A stretch of 64,000 nucleotides of DNA from Oscillospiraceae bacterium (lineage in GTDB: Bacteria; Bacillota; Clostridia; Oscillospirales; CAG-382): positions 42,255 to 106,254 of the forward strand of contig SVSD01000005.1 in NCBI GenBank assembly GCA_015064485.1, given 5' to 3'. Under the pieces are notes generated by a model. That model was given only the letters and a program-made list of their open reading frames with translations. It was not told where the DNA came from and searched no databases. The position numbers were made by a program, and so were the translations under genes. The stretch's first letter is position 1, and each line of letters begins with the position of its first letter. This document shows, piece after piece, positions 11,101 through 20,009 of this stretch.

Positions 11101-11464
11101 AATGTACAGCCGCGGAGGCAAACGATAAATCTGAAGAAGAAGACGAGTATTCGCAAAGCTCATCCGAAAGCGTATTGATTACCCTCGACATACAAAGCAT
11201 CTTGCCGACATTATCAAGGAAACTTCCGCACACTCCTCCGAAATTGCGAAAAACCCGATTACACAATCGGGTAAAGCTCAAAACTTCCGCATACATATTG
11301 GCACAGTTTCCGATCTTGTCGGCAATTTTCTTTTCACAGGAAAAAGTAAACTGTTCAGGGACAATATAATAGCATTTTTTCTTTTCGGAAACACACTTTT
11401 TTAGTATATCCATACAATAGCTTGTCTTTCCGTATTTTTTTCGTCCGAAGACTCTGTAAACCAT
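8165..11464 (-). CDS. addB: ATP-dependent helicase/nuclease subunit B
   Basis: VPEQFTF, SPSRFECY..C, GQVDRAD...IIDYKTG, CSYCDYAAVC Fe-S cysteines; start at MVYRV (11464) with GGAG RBS. Confidence 0.93.
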   Translation of the reverse strand: MVYRVFGRKKYGKTSYCMDILKKCVSEKKKCYYIVPEQFTFSCEKKIADKIGNCANMYAEVLSFTRLCNRVFRNFGGVCGSFLDNVGKMLCMSRVINTLSDELCEYSSSSSDLSFASAAVHFAREFSAYNVTQETIDKAVNELENANPSLCGKLKDMSLLTSAYRQELKACFGTDGENLEMLSKVLDKNDFFGDAVVVIDSFYGFTPQELDIIRHIVKQSKEVHITFCTDKDDTDKVFERPCEAAESIKRIAESVSCIISDICLSPVGFDNDIVYLEKNFTEAACLNMTGEMQKRTSDNIKIITCNTPIDEAKAVSSSIYTLISDGKTHFRDIAICARNISLYEGIIDVFLEKASIPYTFSSKEDLLTKPIISYILNCIELVSSWKMQSFITLLKTGLLRISPESASLLESYIRTWNINGKKGFNSEWFMNPSGYSSEFTEKDAQMLSEINTAKETVMGAVAKFSEDISDSVCCRDIAAAVFRLMKDSNYADNLREQDDVRFWNLTIKALDEIVRVFGYDEMKPKFFAELFKAVINEYGVLDIPESADSVLIGSADLIRSETIKYMFVLGCNNEYFPMQNEENSIFSDAEKKALSEVGLNISKPAKDCAYDEFFLAYNIFCDPYDKLFLLYSEKDCDNKPLRKSVLLDTVQNLFENSLYIKYPFEDKVSNITTPISLVDDMYSFGDDEFVNASKAVLSENEEYRALFEKADMILNEKGKLSCDKTAELFGKNVYSSPSRFECYSSCRFNYFNRYVLKVKPEKTAELDSIQTGLISHKILEIFVKELADAKLEGNSYSHEMSKKRIKELLSMHFDNITHAKGHDNAVSKRFKYLYNRLSAILTSLAVHLTDDIAQSDFIPADFEVNIGMSDDCIKAPPIELVGDDGSILGELHIVGQVDRADVYKCGDKTYVRIIDYKTGTKHFRKDDVAYGFNLQMLLYLYCIELSKTKKYGENIVPAGVLYVPVRKPEIKDAVLGDDMESKYNSTAETSFKGDGILIDDKDVLDAMDKGISGKYVPAKLTKDGEFDKRRSKVTSLEEMGALLKKAASVSGKLASLMYMGNIDTNPYKQVASPCSYCDYAAVCRLDRKNPSIRYELEEV

Positions 11465-11475
11465 CTTTTCCTCCG

Positions 11476-12096
11476 TTATTTTTTTCGTTTGAAAAGTTCG
11501 AGTATATACAAACCATATTCGTATTCTTTGCTTTCGGAACAAATCATTTTGGCTGTGTTTTCGCTTATTCCGGCACTTTTAAGCTTTTTGTCAACATCTG
11601 TCGCCATTGAATTGCAGACTGTGGGATATAACACACACCACCAGTTTTTCCCTTCCCCGCTTCCAAGTGTGATTTTTAAAGACTTATAATCTCCGGACGG
11701 AAAAGCAAATCCTTCGTAATACCTTACGGGATAGTATTCGTTTTCAAAGAAAACTTGGGTTTTATAAGTATATCCGAGTTCTGAAACAGTATCTTTTACT
11801 TTGTTTTCAATGTTTTGAAGATTGTTTTTGATAATAATATCTGCCTCATCCTTATTTTCGGCTTCTGATACAAGAGTATAAATATAATCTTTTACGCCGT
11901 CGCGAACTGCAAGCTTTGCTTTTTGGTCTTTTTCGCTGTCCGAATCTGCAAGTATATGAAGTCTTATCACATTATCATACAATTCACTGTCAAAAGAATT
12001 TTGCATATTCTGAAGAGTGACAGCGTAAGTAAAAACAAACGCAGAAACAAGTGAAACTGTGATATAAACCGATATTTTAATAAATTTTCTTTTCAT
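11476..12096 (-). CDS. spoIIR: Stage II sporulation protein R
   Basis: IRLHILADSDSEKDQKAKLAVRD and GEGKNWWCVLYP motifs; signal peptide; GGAGG RBS before ATG 12096. Confidence 0.93.
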   Translation of the reverse strand: MKRKFIKISVYITVSLVSAFVFTYAVTLQNMQNSFDSELYDNVIRLHILADSDSEKDQKAKLAVRDGVKDYIYTLVSEAENKDEADIIIKNNLQNIENKVKDTVSELGYTYKTQVFFENEYYPVRYYEGFAFPSGDYKSLKITLGSGEGKNWWCVLYPTVCNSMATDVDKKLKSAGISENTAKMICSESKEYEYGLYILELFKRKK

Positions 12097-12149
12097 TTTT
12101 GTCCTCCGACATTTTGTAGTTACATCGGTTATGGACAAAAAAACAGATT

Positions 12150-13016
12150 TTATTCAATTACGGTTGCACATTTATAACACTTTTTGAATTTTTCAGACAA
12201 TTCAGCGAAGCACAAGTTGAGATCATCCTCGTTTTCAAAAATTCCGTATACAGACGATCCGCTTCCCGACATCTGCGATGCAAGAGCACCGGATTTTTTC
12301 ATTGTATCCTTAATTAAAGTTATATCGGGACAAGCCTTTTCGCAAATAGGTGCAAAGGAATTCACAGTAAAATCATAAATATTTTCCTGCTTATTATTAT
12401 TTAAAAGATTTTTCACTTGTTCCGAAGGATTTCCGTCATAAAGAATCGGCGAATCATCAAAGGCTCTGTAAATTTCCGATGTTTTCATACCGTGATCCGG
12501 TACACAGATAAGAATATATTTACCGTCAAAAGGGGCGCATTTTTCAAGAACTATTCCTCTGTCGGTACAAAGCGCACAAATATACTTCCCAAGACAGAAG
12601 TTTATGTCAGATCCAAGCGATGCCGCGATCTCCTCTACCTTTTCGTATCCTATCCCGCCGTAGGTTTCATACAAATAATCAAGAACACATGCGCAGTCGG
12701 CGCTTCCGCCGGCAAGTCCTGCTTTATCGGGAATATGTTTGTCTATATGTATCTTGACACCAAAGGATTTTCCCTGCTCTTTTTTATACATATCAAGATA
12801 CTTCACAGCCGCCTTATATGCAAGATTATCCTCGGGGGCACATACATCAACATTACAGGTAAGTACAATTTTATCGTCCTCGTTTTTTTCGAAGTTCAAA
12901 CTATCGCAAAGAGTAACCTTTTGCATAACAGATCGGATATTATGATATCCGTCTTCCCTTTTTTCTCTGATTTCAAGGGTGAGATTGATTTTTGCGTATG
13001 CATTTTTTGTAGTCAT
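12150..13016 (-). CDS. ispE: 4-diphosphocytidyl-2-C-methyl-D-erythritol kinase
   Basis: AYAKINLTL, AGLAGGSAD, MSGSGSS GHMP kinase motifs. Confidence 0.95.
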   Translation of the reverse strand: MTTKNAYAKINLTLEIREKREDGYHNIRSVMQKVTLCDSLNFEKNEDDKIVLTCNVDVCAPEDNLAYKAAVKYLDMYKKEQGKSFGVKIHIDKHIPDKAGLAGGSADCACVLDYLYETYGGIGYEKVEEIAASLGSDINFCLGKYICALCTDRGIVLEKCAPFDGKYILICVPDHGMKTSEIYRAFDDSPILYDGNPSEQVKNLLNNNKQENIYDFTVNSFAPICEKACPDITLIKDTMKKSGALASQMSGSGSSVYGIFENEDDLNLCFAELSEKFKKCYKCATVIE

Positions 13017-13025
13017 ATCAGTTCC

Positions 13026-14171
13026 TCATAATTTCATAACAAGATTTTGTTTTATACTTACCGCCTTCATAGGGCAAAGTTCCTGACAGCAATAACATTT
13101 TATACATTTATCATAGTTTATAACGGCTTTTTTGTTGACTATATCAATAGTTTCCTGCGGACAGCATCTTGCACATTCGCCGCATCCTATGCATTTTTTC
13201 TTGATAATAACAGGTCTTGGTTCAAGCCATTTACGAAGTCTTCCACCGAAAAGATTGGGAAGCTGCTTTATGACGCCTCCTGCACTGCTGTCGGGCCTTT
13301 TGAAATTTGATACATAGCTTTCGATATTTTCACCGACAATTTTAATTTCTGTAATATCCTCCGGGCAAAGCCCCATATCGATACAATTTTTTACTGTCAA
13401 AACTTCTTCTTTTCTGAAGCCCATTATGTGGCAGGCAACTCTGTCGAGAACATAGGGATTCGAAGAAGACATAACAAGCCCCACTTTTTTAAGTGTTCCG
13501 CCGGCAGGTCCGTTTCCTTCCATAGCGATTATTGCGTCAATTATGCTGACACACGGTTTTACTGTTTTACACAAATCTATAAGATATCTGGAAAAGTCCT
13601 TTTGATCGGGGAATCTTGCATGTTGCTCCGCTTTCATAAGTCCGGGAATTGAACCGTACATATTCTTTACGGCAGCCGACATATTGCAGAGTGAATGAGT
13701 TTTTAATCGGCAGAGATTTACTATAAAATCAGCCTTGGCAAGCGGATTTATTATCGAAAACGATTTTGACATAACACCTTCCGAATTAAACATTTCGGTA
13801 TGCCCCATATCAAAGTTTACGGAAGCACCCGTCATATCCGCAGCATCCTTCATACCGCAGACCGAATATATTCCGTTTATTGAAGATGTATTATATACTC
13901 CTCCGGGACTGTCACATATTATAACTTTTGCGCCCTTCCCTATAAAATACTCAGCACAAGATCTTACAAAAACAGGGTTTGTTGTAATTCCAGCATCCGG
14001 ACTTCTTTTAGCAAGAAGATTGGGTTTAAGAACAACATTTTTATCTGTGAAATCAAACTCATCATAGCAATCAGAAATAATCATATCAAGATGCTCAAAA
14101 ATCACATTTTTAACATTTTCATATTCATAGCTTTCGCATTTTGAAGAATAAACCTTATAGTTTCCCGACAT
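13026..14171 (-). CDS. DUF362 protein with C-terminal 2x[4Fe-4S] ferredoxin domain
   Basis: VLKPNL, LKTH, KNMYG, MEGNGP motifs; two CxxCxxCxxxCP motifs. Confidence 0.88.
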   Translation of the reverse strand: MSGNYKVYSSKCESYEYENVKNVIFEHLDMIISDCYDEFDFTDKNVVLKPNLLAKRSPDAGITTNPVFVRSCAEYFIGKGAKVIICDSPGGVYNTSSINGIYSVCGMKDAADMTGASVNFDMGHTEMFNSEGVMSKSFSIINPLAKADFIVNLCRLKTHSLCNMSAAVKNMYGSIPGLMKAEQHARFPDQKDFSRYLIDLCKTVKPCVSIIDAIIAMEGNGPAGGTLKKVGLVMSSSNPYVLDRVACHIMGFRKEEVLTVKNCIDMGLCPEDITEIKIVGENIESYVSNFKRPDSSAGGVIKQLPNLFGGRLRKWLEPRPVIIKKKCIGCGECARCCPQETIDIVNKKAVINYDKCIKCYCCQELCPMKAVSIKQNLVMKL

Positions 14172-14268
14172 AAAAGAACTCCCAAATGTGTTTTTTATTA
14201 TTTTAACACATTTGAGAGAAAAAAGAAAGTATATTACCTAAAATATTATATAATTATTTGAGAAGAAG

Positions 14269-14442
14269 TCAAAGATCGTCCGCATCCTGTACCGGCTTTT
14301 CGTTTTTTTCGACCGCAACTCCGGTATAGCTTCCAAGCGGATCTGAAATTATGCCGTCATTTTTATTTGTATCTTTGTCATCTAAAATATATTCGGTTTT
14401 TTTCAGGCACTTTTTTGAACATTTTCTATTTTCGTTTCGCAT
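14269..14442 (-). CDS. 57-aa small protein with C-terminal DPLGSYTG...PVQDADDL motif
   Basis: AAAGGAG RBS; MRNENRKCSKKCLKKTEYILDDKDTNKNDGIISDPLGSYTGVAVEKNEKPVQDADDL; below the ORF-track cutoff. Confidence 0.75.
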   Translation of the reverse strand: MRNENRKCSKKCLKKTEYILDDKDTNKNDGIISDPLGSYTGVAVEKNEKPVQDADDL

Positions 14443-14508
14443 ATATTATCTCCTTTCAATAACTATTGTTTCTTGAAAGAAAAAAATAATACAAAACCTG
14501 CAAAAACC

Positions 14509-15000
14509 TCATCTGTTTTTAAAAAATAGCTTTTTGAAAACAGATTTTACTCTTAAAAACAGGCATCTTAACGGAAACAGTCTGCAATAAAAGAAAACAT
14601 AGACCTTATACGAAAAAGATCTTTTGACATCTATTGTCTTACCGTTTCTGATTATTTTTGAAACGACTGCTATGATATCGCCGTCATTTATTCCCGATTC
14701 TTTTATAAACTGATTGTCACCGCACAAAACATATCCGTTTTTATCAAATGAAACGACTCTGTGAAGAACGAATTTACCGTCTTTCCTTTTGTATAACGGT
14801 ATATCAAATCGTTTAAGAGGAATATCAGCCTTTACAAGAACAACCGTATCTTTGCGGTTTCTCAAAAGCGGCTTCATACTTGTCCCCGCGGTTATAAGAC
14901 TGAATTGCCCTCCGCTGTTGACAGTTTCTCTAATAATATCCTCGGTTTCCGAAAGAGCTGCTACGATTTTTTTCTTATTATCGTTTGAATTGTTACTCAA
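14509..15000 (-). CDS. S24/S26 family peptidase
   Basis: GTSMKPLL catalytic Ser motif, VLHRV, GDNQ motifs. Confidence 0.85.
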   Translation of the reverse strand: MSNNSNDNKKKIVAALSETEDIIRETVNSGGQFSLITAGTSMKPLLRNRKDTVVLVKADIPLKRFDIPLYKRKDGKFVLHRVVSFDKNGYVLCGDNQFIKESGINDGDIIAVVSKIIRNGKTIDVKRSFSYKVYVFFYCRLFPLRCLFLRVKSVFKKLFFKNR

Positions 15001-15256
15001 TTATACCGGCACTCCTTGCTTTATCAAGAAAAGCTTCGATATCGCGTCTTGCTGTTTCTTCATCAATATCATATTTTTCGATCATTGCACAAACAAGCTC
15101 CTCGGGAGTTGTTTCTTTTTCAAGAAGCGACCACAAAAACGAAGCCGAACCGTTCAAAGTTATCATTGCGTTAAAATTCAATGATGCTTCGCCGACAGCA
15201 ACAACTATATCAACACCGCCAACATTCTTTTTCAAAAAACCTTCTTTGATTTTCAT
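14993..15256 (-). CDS. PqqD family / RiPP recognition element protein
   Basis: 87 aa; LNGSASFLWSLL...EKYDIDEETARRDIEAFL PqqD pattern. Confidence 0.88.
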   Translation of the reverse strand: MKIKEGFLKKNVGGVDIVVAVGEASLNFNAMITLNGSASFLWSLLEKETTPEELVCAMIEKYDIDEETARRDIEAFLDKARSAGIIE

Positions 15257-15275
15257 AAAATCTCTCCTTTGAAAG

Positions 15276-15986
15276 TCAGTTTACATCGTTCATTCCGTTA
15301 TAGGAAGTAATAACCGCATCGTCTTCCATATTGCAGTACAAGGAATATACATTCACATTTGCGAAAATCTTGTCAAGCAATTCAAGTACCTTTATCATCT
15401 GTTCCTTATTACGAGGTCTGAAAGTCTGGTTTAAAATCTTAGGTAAAGCCTGTGCCGCTTCCATTTTATGTATGTGATTTTTTGTATCTCTCGATAAAAT
15501 ACATATTCCCTTTACAGGTACACAAACATCAGAATTAAGGTCGGTTTTTCCTGAAAAAGGGGTTCCGCAGGCATATACCTTGCCGTCAATTATGCGAAGA
15601 GCGGGTTTGTCATCGTTTATAAAAGTAAGCCTGTCCCCGAAATGTTTTTTCCAAAGAGAAGTGTGTGTACTTTTACCGGTGCCGCAGGGGGCGGAAAACA
15701 AGTATGCATATCCATCTACCGCAACACACGAAGAATGAAGCAAAATAGCATCAAAATCCGGCAATTTCTGATAAAAATCAAGCCCGAACAAAAGGTATTC
15801 ACATTCATCTATTGTAAGATGCGGATTTTGTTTTTTCAACAATCCGATCATTTCATCCGAAACCTGAATTGTTATATCGGGTTCTTTTTCGCTGTCTGTA
15901 AGATAATTCTCACTTCTGCTTTTCAGAAGTTCGAAATTTGGCTGCATTTCGACAATAAGTCCTGCGATTTTATATTTATTCATCAT
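15276..15986 (-). CDS. HPr kinase-like P-loop protein
   Basis: LHSSCV, APCGTGKSTH Walker A, INDDKPAL, GTPFSGK. Confidence 0.82.
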   Translation of the reverse strand: MMNKYKIAGLIVEMQPNFELLKSRSENYLTDSEKEPDITIQVSDEMIGLLKKQNPHLTIDECEYLLFGLDFYQKLPDFDAILLHSSCVAVDGYAYLFSAPCGTGKSTHTSLWKKHFGDRLTFINDDKPALRIIDGKVYACGTPFSGKTDLNSDVCVPVKGICILSRDTKNHIHKMEAAQALPKILNQTFRPRNKEQMIKVLELLDKIFANVNVYSLYCNMEDDAVITSYNGMNDVN

Positions 15987-16485
15987 TACCTCTTATGCTT
16001 TTGATTTTTAAGAAAATAAGTTTTAACGATACCACAACAATAATAAGAAAAACTGCTCCGCCGGTATCAATTAAAACATCCGTAAAACGGCACGCCCGAC
16101 CGGGTACAAAATACTGTATTATCTCGTCGGTACAGGCAACAAAGAAAGCTGCTGTCACCGGCAAAAAATATCTCAAAAAGCTTTTCAGATTCCAAGCCCA
16201 AAACGAAAGAAATGCAAAAAGCGAAAGAACCGCAAATTCCGAAAAATGGGCCAGCTTCCGTATAAAATTATTTATTATGCTGATTTCAGCTTTGCTTTTA
16301 CTTTCTAAATCTTCCCTCAGGACTTTTTCGATTATTATTTCAACAACATCATAACTTTTATCGTTGGATTCACTTGCGGTTTCGGCAGAATTTGAAAAGA
16401 TGAAAAAAATCCAGAAGACCGACAGAAGACTTAATACCACTGCCAGAACTTTTCTGTTTAATGTCATAATATGACCTCTTGGCAA
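15976..16485 (-). CDS. VanZ family membrane protein
   Basis: RKLAHFSEF, DEIIQYFVPGR, DVLIDT motifs. Confidence 0.9.
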   Translation of the reverse strand: MPRGHIMTLNRKVLAVVLSLLSVFWIFFIFSNSAETASESNDKSYDVVEIIIEKVLREDLESKSKAEISIINNFIRKLAHFSEFAVLSLFAFLSFWAWNLKSFLRYFLPVTAAFFVACTDEIIQYFVPGRACRFTDVLIDTGGAVFLIIVVVSLKLIFLKIKSIRGNDE

Positions 16486-17192
16486 TGCATCATTCTTTCA
16501 AAAACAACAGGTAGCAATGCTTTTTCAAGATATTTTATACCCTTTTCGGAATGAAAAAGCCTTATATCGGGTTCGTGAATATCTGTACCGAAAATAACAT
16601 TAACTCCGTTATCAAGCAGTCTTCTGAGAAAAAGCTTTGTTTTCAAATGAGTTAATGAATACAGATTAATCTGGAACATTATGTCATCGATATTTGACAG
16701 CTCCCTAAATTCCCGGAAAGTCATATACGGCAGATACCTTTCCGCATGAGCAAGAATTATCTTTACACCGTGCCGGTGGCCTATATCATAAAACTCTTCA
16801 ACAGTTTTCATTGAGAACCTTTTCATCGGAAGCTCTATGAGTACCTTGTCTGTTCCCGAAATTGTAAGCTTTGAAAGGTCGCATCTTTTTGATATTCCCG
16901 TTTCATATGCAATTTCTGCGCCGGGGAAAACTTTAAATCCGTCGGGAAAAGGCGTATTAAAAAAGGAAATATCCCGTCGGGATATGAAATCTTCAACAGT
17001 TTCTTCGTAAAAGTAAAAATGAGGTGTCGCATAGCAGGATGAAAACCCCAAGGCTTTTAAAGACTCGGCTATACCAAACGCAGTTGCAGCATCTTTTGCC
17101 CCGTGATCTACTCCGGGCAAAATATGACAATGCGCATCAATATATTCAGTTTTCTTAATAAAAGCAGTTTGATTATTCATTAAACCGATCAC
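16464..17192 (-). CDS. CpsB/CapC-like PHP-family protein tyrosine phosphatase
   Basis: DAHCHILPGVDHGA, ATPHF, AHAERY, GTDIH motifs. Confidence 0.85.
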   Translation of the reverse strand: MIGLMNNQTAFIKKTEYIDAHCHILPGVDHGAKDAATAFGIAESLKALGFSSCYATPHFYFYEETVEDFISRRDISFFNTPFPDGFKVFPGAEIAYETGISKRCDLSKLTISGTDKVLIELPMKRFSMKTVEEFYDIGHRHGVKIILAHAERYLPYMTFREFRELSNIDDIMFQINLYSLTHLKTKLFLRRLLDNGVNVIFGTDIHEPDIRLFHSEKGIKYLEKALLPVVFERMMHCQEVIL

Positions 17193-17323
17193 TTTCTTAT
17201 TTACTTTTAATCAGAAATACCCTAATTTAATGCATATATATTATATATTACATATAATATGCACAAAAGTCAAGTTATTTTGCTTTCTGTTTACAATTTA
17301 ATTATAAATAGTGTCAAAAAAGC

Positions 17324-17352
17324 TTGACAAAGAAAACTTTTGGTGTTATAAT
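17324..17352 (+). promoter_or_regulatory. sigmaA promoter
   Basis: TTGACA-17 bp-TATAAT, exact consensus. Confidence 0.85.
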
Positions 17353-17361
17353 AGTAATGTT

Positions 17362-17628
17362 TTTTAAAGGCGTTGACGAAGAGTAAATGTAATCGAAGCC
17401 TCAAGAGAAATGGCGGTTGGTGCGAGCCATAGGTATAATTTACATTTTTGTAGCTTCCGAGCCGGGAGGAAGAAAAGATTTTTGAGTAGACCCTCCCCGA
17501 GACAACTGCGTTAGTGTTAAAGGGATTGCTTGATCCTGAAGAGGCAGACTTTTCTGCAATTTGAGTGGTACCGCGGGTATTATGTACTCGTCTCAAAGTA
17601 AATTACACTTTGGGACGATATTTTTTTG
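17362..17628 (+). ncRNA. T-box leader, predicted Val (GUA) specifier
   Basis: AGAGA and GGTGnnA stem I motifs; AATTTGAGTGGTACCGCGG T-box at 17558-17576; terminator with T-run; GTA at 17450-17452 in the specifier position. Confidence 0.85.
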
Positions 17629-17647
17629 TCCCGCAACGGAGGTTATT

Positions 17648-19942
17648 ATGAATAATTTCAACGATCTTGATCAAAAGATCAGAGAGATGGCGGAGCGTAT
17701 TCGAGAGCTCCGTGAAATCGAAGGGATCTCTCCCCTTTCAATGGCAAAAAGCACAGGCGTTTCCGTTGAAGAATACCTTGCTTGCGAAGAAGGCAAAAAC
17801 GATTTGAACTTCGCCTTCATTTACCGCTGTGCAAGTGCTCTCGGCGTAAATGTTACCGATATCATTGAGGGCTACAGCCCTAATCTTAAATCTTATACCG
17901 TAACAAGAGCAGGTTCCGGTCAGCAGATAGCCAAGGCGCACGGTATGACCTATTTTAACCTTGCCTACGCTTTTAAAAACAGAATTGCCGAACCGCTTTA
18001 TGTTGTCAGCACATACGACGAAACAAAGACTGCCGACAATATCGAGCTTACAACCCATGCGGGTCAGGAATGCGACATCGTCATCGAGGGTAACCTTATG
18101 GTTCAGGTCGGCGAACACAAGGAAGTTCTCGGCCCTGGCGACAGTATTTATTACGATAGTGATACCCCTCACGGTATGATCGCGGCAAACGGAAAAGACT
18201 GTAAGTTCTACGCTATCGTTTTAAAAGCCGATGAAGACGATATTGAAGATGCGGCTACACCCGATATGATAACAAAGAAGATTATCGGTTCGCTCCATAA
18301 AGACGAAAAGGACCGCATTTACCGTCAATTTATCGATATAGTCGAAGATGAAGACGGAACTCCCACTTCGATAACATTCAAGAATACCGATAAATTCAAT
18401 TTTGCTTTTGACCTTGTGGACAAGCTTGCAGAAAAAGAACCCGACAAGCTTGCAATGCTTCACATTTCAAAAGATAAAACAGAACGCCGCATAACTTTCT
18501 CTGAAATGAAGAAGGTTTCATCTCAGTATGCAAACTACTTTATGTCGCTCGGTATTAAGAAGGGCGACAAGGTTATGCTTGTTTTGAAGCGCCATTATCA
18601 GTTCTGGTTTGCAATGATAGCTCTTAACAAGATCGGTGCAATTGCAATTCCTGCTGTAAATCAGCTCCAGGAACACGATTTTGAATACCGCTTTAAGGCA
18701 GCCGGTGTTTCGACCGTTATCTGTACTTCCGACGGAGATACAGCAAACCAGATCGACATTGCGGCAAAAACCTGCCCCGGACTTGTAAATAAGCTTATTG
18801 TAAACGGCGAAAAAGACGGTTGGAGAAGCCTTGATGAAGAATACAAGCGTTTCAGCACTCATTTTTACCGTTCGGACGAATCCCCCTGCGGCGACGACCT
18901 TATGCTTATGTATTTTACATCAGGAACATCCGGTTATCCCAAGATTGCGGCTCATAACCACAAATACCCTCTCGGTCATTTCCATACCGCAAAATACTGG
19001 CATTATGTAGATCCCGACGGACTCCATTTCACAATTTCCGATACGGGTTGGGCCAAGGCTATGTGGGGTAAGCTTTACGGTCAGTGGCTCTGCGAAGCTG
19101 CAACCTTTGTATATGACTTTGACAGATTTGATGCTGCAGATATTCTTCCTATGTTTGAAAAATATCATATAACCACATTCTGCGCTCCTCCCACAATGCT
19201 CAGAATGATGATAAAACAGGATATATCACAATACGATTTTTCATCTGTGCGCCATATGACAACTGCGGGCGAAGCTTTGAACCCTGAAGTTTACCGCCAA
19301 TTTGAAAAAGCAACGGGGCTTCAGATTCTCGAAGGCTTCGGTCAGTCCGAAAGCACAATGATCATCGGTAATATGATCGGTAAACCTCACAAGATAGGCT
19401 CTATGGGTAAACCAGCACCGATTTATGATGTTCATCTCCTCGATGCCGACGGCAACGAAGTTAAAACAAGTGAATCCGGCGAAATCTGTATCAATATCAA
19501 AGACGGTGCTCCCTGCGGTCTTTTCACTGGCTACTACGGCGATGAAGAAAAGACAAAGGAAGTATGGTACGACGGTTATTATCACACAGGCGATGTTGCG
19601 TGGCGTGATGAAGACGGATTCTATTGGTATGTCGGCAGAAGCGACGATGTTATTAAATCCTCCGGCTACCGCATAGGCCCGTTTGAAATCGAAAGCGTTA
19701 TTATGGAGCTTCCCTATGTTCTTGAATGTGGCGTATCTGCTGTTCCCGACGAGGTAAGAGGACAAATAGTTAAGGCAAGCATCGTTCTTGTAAACGGCAC
19801 TCCCCCCTCAGAAGAGCTTAAGAAAGAAATTCAGAACTATGTCAAGGAAAAAACTGCTCCTTACAAATATCCTCGAATCGTTGAATTCCGCGATAGTCTT
19901 CCCAAGACTGTAAGCGGTAAGATTATGAGAAATAAACTTTAA
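17648..19942 (+). CDS. XRE-HTH/cupin domain fused to acyl-CoA synthetase (AMP-binding)
   Basis: N-terminal HTH and cupin (HAGQE...PHGM); YFTSGTSGYPK, EGFGQSE, YHTGD, GRSDD, LPKTVSGK motifs; GGAGG RBS before ATG 17648. Confidence 0.92.
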   Translation: MNNFNDLDQKIREMAERIRELREIEGISPLSMAKSTGVSVEEYLACEEGKNDLNFAFIYRCASALGVNVTDIIEGYSPNLKSYTVTRAGSGQQIAKAHGMTYFNLAYAFKNRIAEPLYVVSTYDETKTADNIELTTHAGQECDIVIEGNLMVQVGEHKEVLGPGDSIYYDSDTPHGMIAANGKDCKFYAIVLKADEDDIEDAATPDMITKKIIGSLHKDEKDRIYRQFIDIVEDEDGTPTSITFKNTDKFNFAFDLVDKLAEKEPDKLAMLHISKDKTERRITFSEMKKVSSQYANYFMSLGIKKGDKVMLVLKRHYQFWFAMIALNKIGAIAIPAVNQLQEHDFEYRFKAAGVSTVICTSDGDTANQIDIAAKTCPGLVNKLIVNGEKDGWRSLDEEYKRFSTHFYRSDESPCGDDLMLMYFTSGTSGYPKIAAHNHKYPLGHFHTAKYWHYVDPDGLHFTISDTGWAKAMWGKLYGQWLCEAATFVYDFDRFDAADILPMFEKYHITTFCAPPTMLRMMIKQDISQYDFSSVRHMTTAGEALNPEVYRQFEKATGLQILEGFGQSESTMIIGNMIGKPHKIGSMGKPAPIYDVHLLDADGNEVKTSESGEICINIKDGAPCGLFTGYYGDEEKTKEVWYDGYYHTGDVAWRDEDGFYWYVGRSDDVIKSSGYRIGPFEIESVIMELPYVLECGVSAVPDEVRGQIVKASIVLVNGTPPSEELKKEIQNYVKEKTAPYKYPRIVEFRDSLPKTVSGKIMRNKL

Positions 19943-19950
19943 TAGTATAA

Positions 19951-19980
19951 AAAAATATCCACCCGAGGGTGGATATTTTT
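19951..19980. terminator. Bidirectional intrinsic terminator
   Basis: aaaaatatccaccc-ga-gggtggatattttt between convergent genes. Confidence 0.8.
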
Positions 19981-20009
19981 GTTATAGATAAAACAACTCT
20001 CATCTTTTG

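Noticed and set aside
17561-17647. N-terminal extension of the acyl-CoA synthetase ORF, and antisense ORF 17291-17596
   Set aside because: Both lie in the T-box leader; the real start is ATG 17648 after GGAGG
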